NCBI GenBank assembly: GCA_021792635.1
Contig: JAJYUH010000003.1
Coordinates: forward strand, 101,795-165,794
DNA: 64,000 nucleotides
DNA from: Natronospirales bacterium
GTDB taxonomy: Bacteria > Pseudomonadota > Gammaproteobacteria > Natronospirales > REEB76
Direction: 5' to 3'
This document shows positions 8,921 to 17,581 of this stretch, piece after piece. A model generated the notes under the pieces. That model saw only the letters and a program-made list of their open reading frames with translations. It ran no database searches and was not told the DNA's origin. Positions within the stretch are counted from its first letter, which is position 1. Each line of letters opens with the position of its first letter. The position numbers were made by a program, and so were the translations under genes.

Positions 8921-9907
8921 ATGCGTGCATGGTGCATTACCCGGCCGGGTGGTCCGGGCGTGCTCGAGCTGGAGGAGTTGCCCGATCCACAACCGGGGCC
9001 GGAGGAAGTTGTGGTGCGCGTGCAGGCGGTGGGCGTGAACCGCGCCGACCTGCTGCAGCGGCGCGGGTACTATCCGGCACCGCCGGGATTCGATGCGCGT
9101 GTGCCGGGCATGGAATACGCCGGCGTGGTGGAGCGCGCGGGACATCGCTGCCGGTTGCGCAAGGCGGGCGATAAGGTGATGGGCATCATCGGCGGCGGCG
9201 CCTATGCGGAGAAACTGGTGGCCCACGAACGCGAGACTCTGCGCGTACCGGAAGGACTGGCACTCACGCATGCCGCCGCCGTACCGGAGGCGTTCCTTAC
9301 CGCCTACCGCGCCCTGTATCTGGAGGCCGGTCTCGCCCATGGCGAGTGGTGTCTCATCCGTGCCGCCACCTCCGGCGTCGGCATGGCCGCAGTGCAGTTG
9401 GCGCGCGCCTTTGGTAACCGCAGCATCGGCACCAGCCGCTCCGCCGTACGCTTGCAAAAACTGGCTGTCCTAGGACTCGATGCCGGCCTCACGGAAAGTG
9501 ACGGCGATCTGCCGAAGCAGGTAGCCGGTATCACGGGCGGCGCAGGTGCGAGTGTGGTGCTGGATCTGCTGGGAGGCGGCTATCTCGCCGAGAACCTGGC
9601 CTGCCTGCGCGACGAGGGCACAATGGTGCTGGTGGGCGCCATGGCGGGGCGCGAAGACCATATTGACCTGGGCGTATTCCTGAACCGCCGGCTGAAACTC
9701 AAGGCCATGACCATGCGCAGTCAGCCGCTGGAGCGCAAGATTGAATTGGCGCGCATATTTGAACAGCGGCTCGCGCCGTGGCTTGAAATGGGGAAGCTGA
9801 AAACGTTTGTGGACAAACTGGTGCCTTTCGAGGACGCGCCGCAAGCGCATCGCGTCATGGAAGCCGGCGGGCATCTGGGCAAGATCGTGATCGTCATGCA
9901 CCCGTGA
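8921..9907 (+). CDS. NAD(P)H quinone oxidoreductase (zinc-independent MDR, PIG3/zeta-crystallin type)
   Basis: GGPGVLELEELPDPQPGPEEVVVRVQAVGVNRADLLQRRGYYPAPPG...PGMEYAGVV, with a Rossmann AATSGVGMAAVQLA. Confidence 0.9.
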   Translation: MRAWCITRPGGPGVLELEELPDPQPGPEEVVVRVQAVGVNRADLLQRRGYYPAPPGFDARVPGMEYAGVVERAGHRCRLRKAGDKVMGIIGGGAYAEKLVAHERETLRVPEGLALTHAAAVPEAFLTAYRALYLEAGLAHGEWCLIRAATSGVGMAAVQLARAFGNRSIGTSRSAVRLQKLAVLGLDAGLTESDGDLPKQVAGITGGAGASVVLDLLGGGYLAENLACLRDEGTMVLVGAMAGREDHIDLGVFLNRRLKLKAMTMRSQPLERKIELARIFEQRLAPWLEMGKLKTFVDKLVPFEDAPQAHRVMEAGGHLGKIVIVMHP

Positions 9908-9909
9908 TT

Positions 9910-10548
9910 TCAGTTTGACGGGTTCGGCGGCCGGCGCGCGGCATCCATTGCCTGCCGGAAGACTTCCGCCGGTTGCGCACCGGAGACGGAGTAGCGACTG
10001 GCGAAGATGAAGAAAGGCACGCCGCTGATGCCGAATTCCCGGCCGGCCTGCAGCTCGTTGAGTACCTCGGAACGTTCGCCCTCACCGCTTAGCCAGGTGT
10101 CGATGTCCCCCTCCAAACCCACGGAGTGGGCCAGCCCGGCGAGTGTGGCATCATCGCCGATGTCACGGCCTTCCAGGAAATAACCGCGGAACAACGCCTC
10201 CACCATCGCGTCCATTTTGTGTTGTGTGGCTGCCAGTTGTATCAGGCGGTGGGAGTTGAAGGTATTCGGACTGCGGGTGATTTTCTCGAACTGAAAATCA
10301 ATGCCCACACCGCGGCCCGCTTCCCGTACATGCGCATAAATCCGTTCCAGCGCCTGCGCACCGCCGAACTTGGCGTTCAGGTATTCCCTGCGGTCGCAAC
10401 CCCGCGCCGGCAGCTCGGGATTGAGCTGGAAGGCATGCCAGTGAATCTCGGTTTCGGCCGGGGGCGTTGCGGCCAGCGCTGCTTCCAGGCGGCGCTTGCC
10501 GATGAAGCACCAGGGGCAGACTGTATCGGAAAAGATGTCAATGCGCAC
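9910..10548 (-). CDS. DsbA family oxidoreductase (FrnE / 2-hydroxychromene-2-carboxylate isomerase-like)
   Basis: MRIDIFSDTVCPWCFIGKRRLE contains a CPWC active site; 212 aa. Confidence 0.85.
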   Translation of the reverse strand: MRIDIFSDTVCPWCFIGKRRLEAALAATPPAETEIHWHAFQLNPELPARGCDRREYLNAKFGGAQALERIYAHVREAGRGVGIDFQFEKITRSPNTFNSHRLIQLAATQHKMDAMVEALFRGYFLEGRDIGDDATLAGLAHSVGLEGDIDTWLSGEGERSEVLNELQAGREFGISGVPFFIFASRYSVSGAQPAEVFRQAMDAARRPPNPSN

Positions 10549-10551
10549 GGC

Positions 10552-10770
10552 TCAGCGGCTGATTCTGGTGTAGATCACGCTGGGCTTGTCGCCCCGGCGT
10601 GAATAGAGATGTTCACGGCTGAACTCTTCATAGGCCTCGTCGCGTTCGTGCTCGGTGTCATACCAGCGGCAGGCTTCCCAATCCGGGCCCAGCAGGTGCG
10701 CTGCCGCCATGGGATCATCCGGCGGCAGGGTGCAGCGGATGCCGTAACGTTTCCCGAGTTCCTCGTTCAT
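10552..10770 (-). CDS. Small hypothetical protein between gshA and the dsbA-like gene
   Basis: 72 aa counted from ATG 10768-10770 (MNEELGKRYG...), with GGAG ~11 nt upstream. It sits tightly between two same-strand genes. No family recognised. Confidence 0.45.
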   Translation of the reverse strand: MNEELGKRYGIRCTLPPDDPMAAAHLLGPDWEACRWYDTEHERDEAYEEFSREHLYSRRGDKPSVIYTRISR

Positions 10771-10842
10771 GCAACAGCTCGCTCCGGTATGCGATACGGA
10801 TATATTATCGTTTTCCCCGGCGCGGCGCTTCCGCGGCAGCAC

Positions 10843-12435
10843 TCAGCTCTGGGAAAAATACTGCCTGAGATATGCATCGAAGGAAAGCTTGTCTGTCGCC
10901 TCAATTTCTGCCTGCTGATCCAGGGATTCACGCGCCAAGCGCTCAAAATACTGCTGCGTGGCAGCCGGCAGGCGGCGCTTCAGGAAATAATCACGGTGGG
11001 TTTCCGAGAGGCGCTTGGCAAACTGGAAGAAGCTTTCATGGCGGGCACGCATGTCCGCCAGAATCCGTGCCGACGGCAGGCGTTCCGGTTCAGCAATGAC
11101 TTCGCGCTGGGCTTGCAGGGCGGTATGGTGGGGTTTACCCAGGTCCTCGCCGTCCAGAATTTCGCAGAGACCATCCATCTGCCCGGTGATTTCCCGCGCC
11201 CAGTCACGCAGCAGCAGGGTGCGGCCGTCGCGTTGCAATTGCAGTGCCGGGTCACGGCCGTGACGGGCGGTTTGCGTCTGGTTGTGATTGATGCATTGTT
11301 GCTCTTGGGGTGAAAGGGGTGGGCTGTCCTGCAGCAGGCAGAAGGCCAGCAATGTTTCAATGAAGTGCAATGCCGGCTGGTCCGCACCTACCGGGTCATA
11401 GGCATTTACATCCAGCGCGCGCACCTCGGCATACATGACGCCGCGTTTCTTGAGCGCAAGCGCGGCACGCTCGCTCTGATTGATGGGCTGCTTGGGACGG
11501 ATGTATGCGTAAAATTCATTTTCGATCTGCAGGATGTTGGCATTCAATTGCCGGTATTCTCCGTTTACCTTTACGCCGATGGCTTCGTATTCCGGCTCCG
11601 GCGTGCTGATGGCACGGGTGAGGGTGGTGACGTAATCATCAAGACTGTTGTAACTGACACCGATGCGCGCCTGGTTCTTGTTCTTGTAACCGATATCGCT
11701 CATGCGCAACGAGGTGGCATAGGGTTCGTACCAGGTGTGGGAATCGAATTCCCTGAAGCCCAGGTCGCGGCCGTGCAGAAAACTCTTGCACACCGCCGGT
11801 GAGGCGCCGAACAGGTAGGGCACAAGCCAGCTTATGCGCTGAAAATTGCGCAGCATGCCGAAATAGCACTCATCCACGAATTCCCGCAGCGGGCGGCGGT
11901 CCCGTTCCAGTTCCCGCAGCGCCGGCCAGAGCACTTCCGGAAATGAATAGTTGAAATGCACGCCGGAGATGGTCTGCATGGTACGACCGTAACGGTAACC
12001 CAGACCACGGCGGTACACGTGTTTCATCATGCCCACATTGGATTTGCCGTAGCGGGCGATGGGAATGTTCTCGTCACTCTCCAGCACACAGGGCATGCTG
12101 GTGGCCCACAGCATTTCGTCGTGCAGATGCGGATATACAAAGCTGTGGATATCGCACAGAAAACCGAGCGTGGCGTGTATATCTTCCAAAGGCGGTGTCA
12201 CCAGCTCGATCAAGGCCTCGGAATAATCCGTGGTGATGTGCGGGTGAGTCAGCGCGGCGCCGAGGGCATCAGGGTGGGGCGTCCGGGCGACGCAGGCTTG
12301 CGCATTCACCCGCAGGCTTTCCTTTTCCAGGCCCTTGCTGCCGCCGCGCAGCAGAGGCGCGGCGCGACTCGCCAGCAGGCGGCTCAGACGTTGGTCCAGC
12401 TGTTCGGCTGAAGGCATCAGGAATGTGTCCGGCAC
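10843..12435 (-). CDS. gshA: Glutamate--cysteine ligase
   Basis: 530 aa, colinear with E. coli GshA as recalled (GLEKESLRV, ALTHPHITTDYSEALIELVTP, MQTISGVHFNYSFP). Confidence 0.95.
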   Translation of the reverse strand: MPDTFLMPSAEQLDQRLSRLLASRAAPLLRGGSKGLEKESLRVNAQACVARTPHPDALGAALTHPHITTDYSEALIELVTPPLEDIHATLGFLCDIHSFVYPHLHDEMLWATSMPCVLESDENIPIARYGKSNVGMMKHVYRRGLGYRYGRTMQTISGVHFNYSFPEVLWPALRELERDRRPLREFVDECYFGMLRNFQRISWLVPYLFGASPAVCKSFLHGRDLGFREFDSHTWYEPYATSLRMSDIGYKNKNQARIGVSYNSLDDYVTTLTRAISTPEPEYEAIGVKVNGEYRQLNANILQIENEFYAYIRPKQPINQSERAALALKKRGVMYAEVRALDVNAYDPVGADQPALHFIETLLAFCLLQDSPPLSPQEQQCINHNQTQTARHGRDPALQLQRDGRTLLLRDWAREITGQMDGLCEILDGEDLGKPHHTALQAQREVIAEPERLPSARILADMRARHESFFQFAKRLSETHRDYFLKRRLPAATQQYFERLARESLDQQAEIEATDKLSFDAYLRQYFSQS

Positions 12436-12546
12436 GCGGGGCGGACATGGTGGCGTAAACCGGGGCGATGGCGCAAGCCTGCGGCGTGGGCGTTCAGATG
12501 CCGATTACTTTGAGTTATGGTCGCAGGCGGAATCCGTGTGCCGTGT

Positions 12547-12991
12547 ACGCAAACCGTCTGGTGAGTGCCGGCCGGATCAAACAGGGGTGGGGCGGGGTAT
12601 CAGTGTTCCCAGCAGGTGCTGGTGTTGAGGGCGCCGGCGGAATTGGTGGCGGTTCGATTGCCGGTGTTGTCGAGGCTGAAAGTGCGGCAGTCGGTATCAT
12701 TGAGCTGGGTCCCCACCGCCGTGACGGTCAGGGTGTAGATGTCGGTGGTGACAGCCGGGGGCTCGGTCAGGGTGTAGTACCCGAACTGGGTGCTGGCGGG
12801 CAGGGAGGCGGCGGAGGGCGAGCACTGGGCGCTGTTATAGCGGAAGTACTGGGTGTAGCAGCGTTCCAGGATCTGGGAATCCTGACTGAGGAGGGTTTCC
12901 GCGTCGGAGCGGTGGGATTTCAGCACCGAACGTTCATAGGAGGGGTAGGCGATGGCGGCGATGATGCCGATGATGGCCACCACGATCATGA
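12547..12991. repeat. 445-bp perfect direct repeat, copy 1 (pilE-1 body plus 53 nt of 3' flank)
   Basis: Base-for-base identical, by my reading, to 20042-20486 (offset 7,495 bp). Confidence 0.85.
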
Positions 12992-13046
12992 GCTCGATCA
13001 AAGAGAACCCCGAAACAGGCCGTCCGTTGGCCCCCGAACCCGTCAT
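12600..13046 (-). CDS. pilE: Type IV pilin, PilE-like, cassette 1
   Basis: Class III signal MTGSGANGRPVSG|FSLIELMIVVAIIGIIAAIAYPSY and a C-terminal Cys pair (DTDC...STCW). ATGA overlap with the upstream small ORF. Confidence 0.85.
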   Translation of the reverse strand: MTGSGANGRPVSGFSLIELMIVVAIIGIIAAIAYPSYERSVLKSHRSDAETLLSQDSQILERCYTQYFRYNSAQCSPSAASLPASTQFGYYTLTEPPAVTTDIYTLTVTAVGTQLNDTDCRTFSLDNTGNRTATNSAGALNTSTCWEH

Positions 13047-13384
13047 GGGTGCCCCCGCGGTTGAGGGGGAAGAGCCGGCAGCACGATAATTTTGGTAATT
13101 ACCGAGGAGGCTCTGTTCAGCGGGCCGTTCATGATGTATCTCACCCGCATGCCCGTTTGCAGGTTTTCAAAGCTCTTGGCACCCGTGACGAATACCTTGG
13201 GCGACAGGGGGTAGGTATGGCCGTTCACGGCGAGGGTGCGCGCGGCATAATTGATCATACCGATGGTGCCGGTACCCATGCGGTTTTCCGGGATGGCATA
13301 AGCCGCCAGCGTCGCCTGTTCCGGCAGCAGAACCATGAGCAGACCCGCCGCCGCAAACGTAACGAATGTGCGCAACTTCAACAT
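13043..13384 (-). CDS. Small secreted protein at the pilY2 position, paralog 1
   Basis: 113 aa with signal peptide MLKLRTFVTFAAAGLLMVLLPEQATLAA. Paralogs lie at 20714-21046 and 27754-28170, sharing G-T-[IV]..[ND]Y...[TI].[AT]V.G[HQ].Y...[SA]PK...GM.[VI]R[YF]. No family recognised. Confidence 0.7.
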   Translation of the reverse strand: MLKLRTFVTFAAAGLLMVLLPEQATLAAYAIPENRMGTGTIGMINYAARTLAVNGHTYPLSPKVFVTGAKSFENLQTGMRVRYIMNGPLNRASSVITKIIVLPALPPQPRGHP

Positions 13385-13402
13385 GTCCTGATCCTCCTGT
13401 TC

Positions 13403-16400
13403 TCATGGCCCCGGGGTGGCCAGGCTCGGCGAAATGTCCCGCCAGGATTGACGCTGATTCGAACCGGGCGCCTGACCCACGCTCTTGATTTGACCGTTGG
13501 ATTCCGAAATCAGCTTGACTGCCCCAACGTTGCCCAGGGAAGCGGAGATAATCGTGGGGGCGGCAGAATACACCTGACCCAGGTACATTCCCACGGGGTT
13601 CTGGCCGTTGACCTGGTCCGCGCTGTCCAGTTTGCCGTCACCATTCAAATCGAGTTCCGGAGCCGGGAATGAATTGCCGCTTGCAAAGTTTACCGCCATC
13701 AGCCAGGACTGACCGCCCGCCGCGCAATTGCTGGCACTGGGTACATAAGTGGTGAAGACCACCGCGCCGTTTTCGAGCCGCGGATTGGTGACTACCCGCT
13801 CGCCGGCGATGGACAGGTCCATGTACCACCCCAGTTTGCTGGTCCAGTCTATCGTCGTCGGGCCGCTTACGGTGCGTACCAAAGTACCGGCCGGGCCGGG
13901 CGTGGGCGCGGACAGCACCTGTTGCACCAGATTGCTGCGGGTGGCGACATAGGAAAGCCCCGGCTTGTCCCACACCCCATAGAAAGTCTGGGTACTGGTG
14001 GTGCTGAGGTCCGGCGCGCCCAGCAACTGGCCGGTGCCGAAATAAACGATGGTGCCCGTTTGCCCCGGAAAATTGGGATGCAGGGATACCGTGGGCGCCA
14101 CCGTAATGGGCTGCGGATTGCCGAGACTGTCCCGCGCCTGGAACAGCAACTGTACGCTCCAGTTGGCCGGGTTGGGATCGGAAATATTCACTTTCCACAG
14201 GTTGCCCTGCAGGTCGCCGGCATACACCGTATCGTCCGGCAATGACAGGGCACCGCCGCTGTTTACGGCCACCGGACTGGATAAACCATTGGGTAGGCTC
14301 GCGTTGCAGGGGTTGGGGGTGACAGACTGGCAAAGATTGATGCGTGCCAGCAGCGCACCGGTCTGGGCGTTTACCGCATACAGGTAGGGATTGCCGTCGC
14401 TGTTGTCGTAACCGGAACCGAAGAACACCACGAAATTGGAACCGGTGACATCGGTACGCGCAATAAACGGCTGGCTGTAGGTAAGTCCCAGGTAGGGGTC
14501 GGTGAATTCCCACAACACGCTGGATGCCAGCGCCGTTTCGCTGTTAATCACCGACGGATCGGTCACATCCAGGGCGTAGATGCTATTGCCGCCGGAATTG
14601 AGGCCGCCCACCAGGAGCGTGTGCCAACTGCCGTCACTGAATTCTACGTCGCCCGATGTCGGCGAACCGTCCACAAAGAACTGGTGGTGCTGGTTGTAAA
14701 GCGGATTGCTGAGATTGGCGAGATCGGCGAATACCCCGTCCGGAACATAGGCGAATTCCTCGTTACCGGTACTGGGGTTGAACGCATGCAGCATACCGTC
14801 ATTGGCGCCCACGTAAAGCACCGCCGGGCGGTTTTGCTGCGCCAGTTCAAAGCTGACGTAGGACGGGTCTTGGTAAGGTCCGTTGGGCGGGCCGACGAAC
14901 AGCGGGTTGCTGTCCACGATATCCCCCAAGATGTGGGAGCGGTTACGGAACGTACCCCCGTTGCGTTGTTCCAGTGAGGTATCGCCGCGCAGATAATTGA
15001 GGCGCTGCGATCCCAGGCCGTCGTTGGCGAGGCTCTGGGGGTTGGTGTTGAGATCCGTCTGCTGGACGCTGCTGAGGCTGCTCCACTCGAAGGGTACGCC
15101 GCTGGCACTGGATGGATTCCAGGTGGCGATGATGCGACTGGCGGGAGCTCGCAGGTCCAGTTGAGTCTGGGCCTTCCAGATCGGCGTGGTGGTATTGACC
15201 GTGCCGTTGGAGAGGATGGGGAAGGCCACCAGGTTGCCGGTCCAGTCGTTGTAGGGCATATCGGAGGAGGTGAACTGGGCTTGGTAGGCCACGGCTCCGG
15301 CCTTGAGTCCGGTGGAGTTCACCGCCGCGGAACTGGTGGACATGTTGGCCGCCTGGATGGCGCTCAGGATCACCTGCATATCCACGGTGACCTGAGCGGG
15401 GCTGGTGGCGGCGAAGTAGTTGCCGGTACCGCCCGCCATTGCCATGGCGGTCATGGTGGAGGCCGCCTGCGGATTGAGGCTCGGATTCACGCCGGCACCC
15501 ACGCCGATGATGTAGGTTTTGATGCCGGCGGTATTGAGTGCCGTCAATTCACTGATGGTGTCCGTGAGCGCCTGATCGTTGGTGGTATTGAGGGAGCCAT
15601 CACTGTTGAAACTGACCGTGACGCCGTAACCGCTGGCGGACTGGCTGCCCAGGGGTGGCCAGCTCTTGCCGCTCAGATCCTCGGTGGGCAGGCCGTCGGT
15701 GATCAGCACCACGTAACGCTGCGGTGCACAGCCGTTGCTGGAAGGCGGATTAGTCTTGAAATAGGCGAGCGCATTTTTCAGCAGACCGGCCATGGGTGAC
15801 TGTACCGCCAGCGCCTTGATTTCACCGCTGCCGGTATCGTTGGTCTCGGGTTCCAGATAGGGGGTGAATTTGCCGATGACTGTCTGGATTTGAGCGGGTG
15901 TCGGATTGGTGCCGGCCGATTGCATGGGCAACAACAAGTCGCCGCCGGTGGCGCTTTGCGATGTGTAATAGCCGAAGCCCCGCTCGATGTACATGGTCTG
16001 GTCCTGGTACGGCACGAACCCGGCATTGGTGGGCCCGGTAGTGGTTGCGCAGGAGTTGATTTGGCTGGCGTAGGTGACGGTGATATTGCCGTTGTTGTAA
16101 TTCGTCAGTGAATAATTTGGAGGGAATGGCGTAGACGGGCTGCGGTTGCCATACACCAGACATACCGGCGCAAGACCGCCGGCATACAACACGTCGTTGA
16201 CGGAGGGATCGTCGCTGGAATTCTGCACCAGCATATAGGGCATGGTGAGCAGTTGCGAACCCAGCAGTGCTTGCATGTTGTTGCAGTCGTTATAGACGCT
16301 ATTGCCGCTGGAAATGTTGTAACAGGGGTTGTTGATGTATTCCCCCGCCGGTGGGGCAGGAGTGTTGCTGGCCGAGAAGGTGAAACCGCCGGGATTGCTC

Positions 16401-16939
16401 ATCACATACAGCCAGGTGGTGTAAAGACTCGGAGCGCCGGTTGCATAGGTCAGCAGGCCGAAATCCGTATTGCCGACATAGGTCTGGAGGATGGCCTGGA
16501 TTGCGCTCTTGGCCACGTTCAGGCGGCTGGCGGAGTTGTCACAGAGGTCGCTGGTATTCTGCGGGGCCACGCATGGCACGGTGTAGGGCTGGGAACTGCC
16601 CGCCGTTCCCCCGCTCACGGGCGGCGTGAACCCGCTGGGCACGGTGAAATCCACCGGTGAACCGGAAGCGTTGAGTTGGGAGGGAATGCTGCTGCTACCG
16701 CTTCCGGTCATGATGGCACCGGACAAATCACCATCCATGGATTGGGAGTTGGGGAGCGCCAGCAGCACCTGTGGATGGGCCGGCAACACCAGCGTCAATG
16801 GAATATTGGAGATGGATACCATCGGCACAGGTGCGGGCGCAGCGGTGGCGAGGTTGCCGACGCTGGCGGTGAAGGCAGCCGCCAACAGCACGATGCCAGA
16901 TTTCTGCAGGATGTATTTGAGAGTATGTGGTCTGCTCAT
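13403..16939 (-). CDS. pilY1: PilY1 (PilC-like) type IV pilus tip adhesin / biogenesis factor, cassette 1
   Basis: 1178 aa with a signal peptide. vWA-like middle region (YVVLITDGLPT...TYIIGVGAG). C-terminal PilY1 motifs: HILGDIVDSNPLFVGPP, LYVGANDGMLHAF, FFVDGSPTSGDV and LLVGGLNSGGNSIYALDVTDP. EF-hand-like DLNGDGKLD. Confidence 0.9.
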   Translation of the reverse strand: MSRPHTLKYILQKSGIVLLAAAFTASVGNLATAAPAPVPMVSISNIPLTLVLPAHPQVLLALPNSQSMDGDLSGAIMTGSGSSSIPSQLNASGSPVDFTVPSGFTPPVSGGTAGSSQPYTVPCVAPQNTSDLCDNSASRLNVAKSAIQAILQTYVGNTDFGLLTYATGAPSLYTTWLYVMSNPGGFTFSASNTPAPPAGEYINNPCYNISSGNSVYNDCNNMQALLGSQLLTMPYMLVQNSSDDPSVNDVLYAGGLAPVCLVYGNRSPSTPFPPNYSLTNYNNGNITVTYASQINSCATTTGPTNAGFVPYQDQTMYIERGFGYYTSQSATGGDLLLPMQSAGTNPTPAQIQTVIGKFTPYLEPETNDTGSGEIKALAVQSPMAGLLKNALAYFKTNPPSSNGCAPQRYVVLITDGLPTEDLSGKSWPPLGSQSASGYGVTVSFNSDGSLNTTNDQALTDTISELTALNTAGIKTYIIGVGAGVNPSLNPQAASTMTAMAMAGGTGNYFAATSPAQVTVDMQVILSAIQAANMSTSSAAVNSTGLKAGAVAYQAQFTSSDMPYNDWTGNLVAFPILSNGTVNTTTPIWKAQTQLDLRAPASRIIATWNPSSASGVPFEWSSLSSVQQTDLNTNPQSLANDGLGSQRLNYLRGDTSLEQRNGGTFRNRSHILGDIVDSNPLFVGPPNGPYQDPSYVSFELAQQNRPAVLYVGANDGMLHAFNPSTGNEEFAYVPDGVFADLANLSNPLYNQHHQFFVDGSPTSGDVEFSDGSWHTLLVGGLNSGGNSIYALDVTDPSVINSETALASSVLWEFTDPYLGLTYSQPFIARTDVTGSNFVVFFGSGYDNSDGNPYLYAVNAQTGALLARINLCQSVTPNPCNASLPNGLSSPVAVNSGGALSLPDDTVYAGDLQGNLWKVNISDPNPANWSVQLLFQARDSLGNPQPITVAPTVSLHPNFPGQTGTIVYFGTGQLLGAPDLSTTSTQTFYGVWDKPGLSYVATRSNLVQQVLSAPTPGPAGTLVRTVSGPTTIDWTSKLGWYMDLSIAGERVVTNPRLENGAVVFTTYVPSASNCAAGGQSWLMAVNFASGNSFPAPELDLNGDGKLDSADQVNGQNPVGMYLGQVYSAAPTIISASLGNVGAVKLISESNGQIKSVGQAPGSNQRQSWRDISPSLATPGP

Positions 16940-16997
16940 GTGCTTACTTCGCCCCGTGTGTCCGCGAAAGCATGCGTAGCGTTACTGCTGAGGAGAT

Positions 16998-17567
16998 TCA
17001 TTGGGTTACCACCGTCTGCAGGACCACGTGACTGGTCCGGTCGCCGCCGGTGGCATACACCGTGATACGGTAGGGCTGGACCGGCGGTGCGCCGGCGCCG
17101 CTTTGCTGTTGTGCCAGATTGCTTCCCGGCGGCGCCACCGGCGGCAGTTCCTCAACAATGAATATCGGTTGCTGAGCGAGTTGGCCCGGAATGGTGAGGC
17201 CGGGAACCGGTGTGGTGATAGGCAGCGCGCTGCTCCACACGTTCGGCAGGGTCCAGGCGGAAGTCCAGGGAGTTCCTGCGCAGCAGTTGGAGAGCAGATA
17301 AAGACCACTGGCATTCCCGGCGAAATCCGCATTGCTCCAGAGCCCCTGACGAATACCGCTCCGGGCCGCGGCCAGGCCGGCCTCGGCCGCCTGGAACGCC
17401 AGCTCGTGGTTGCGTCCATTACCGGCCATGCGTTCTTCCAGCAAGCTGCTTTGGGCCGCTGCCAGACCGAGAATGGTAAGCAGCAACAACAGTATCAGCG
17501 CCATGATCAGCACGAAACCGCATTGTGGGCGACCGGGTAAACCTGACAATACTTGCTGCCGGATCAT
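16998..17567 (-). CDS. pilX: PilX minor pilin, cassette 1
   Basis: 189 aa; GFVLIMALILLLLLTILGLAAAQSSLLEERMAGN matches the PilX N-terminal pattern. Confidence 0.8.
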   Translation of the reverse strand: MIRQQVLSGLPGRPQCGFVLIMALILLLLLTILGLAAAQSSLLEERMAGNGRNHELAFQAAEAGLAAARSGIRQGLWSNADFAGNASGLYLLSNCCAGTPWTSAWTLPNVWSSALPITTPVPGLTIPGQLAQQPIFIVEELPPVAPPGSNLAQQQSGAGAPPVQPYRITVYATGGDRTSHVVLQTVVTQ

Positions 17568-17581
17568 GACTGTGTCCTCAT

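Noticed and set aside
12584-12597. G-rich motif GGGGTGGGGCGGGG immediately 3' of the pilE-1 stop (also at 20079-20092), reminiscent of the G-quadruplex that drives Neisseria pilin variation.
   Set aside because: It has only three G-runs, while an intramolecular G4 needs four. The motif is not conserved 3' of pilE-3 (ggtacagggcggg). It lies downstream rather than upstream of the gene. It is noted here but not claimed.
12468-13064. Gly-rich plus-strand ORFs conserved at all three pilE loci (12468-13064, 20011-20538, 27267-27779).
   Set aside because: Their conservation is fully explained by the pilE repeats on the opposite strand. The sequences are low-complexity (GGGG/AGAG runs) with no start context.
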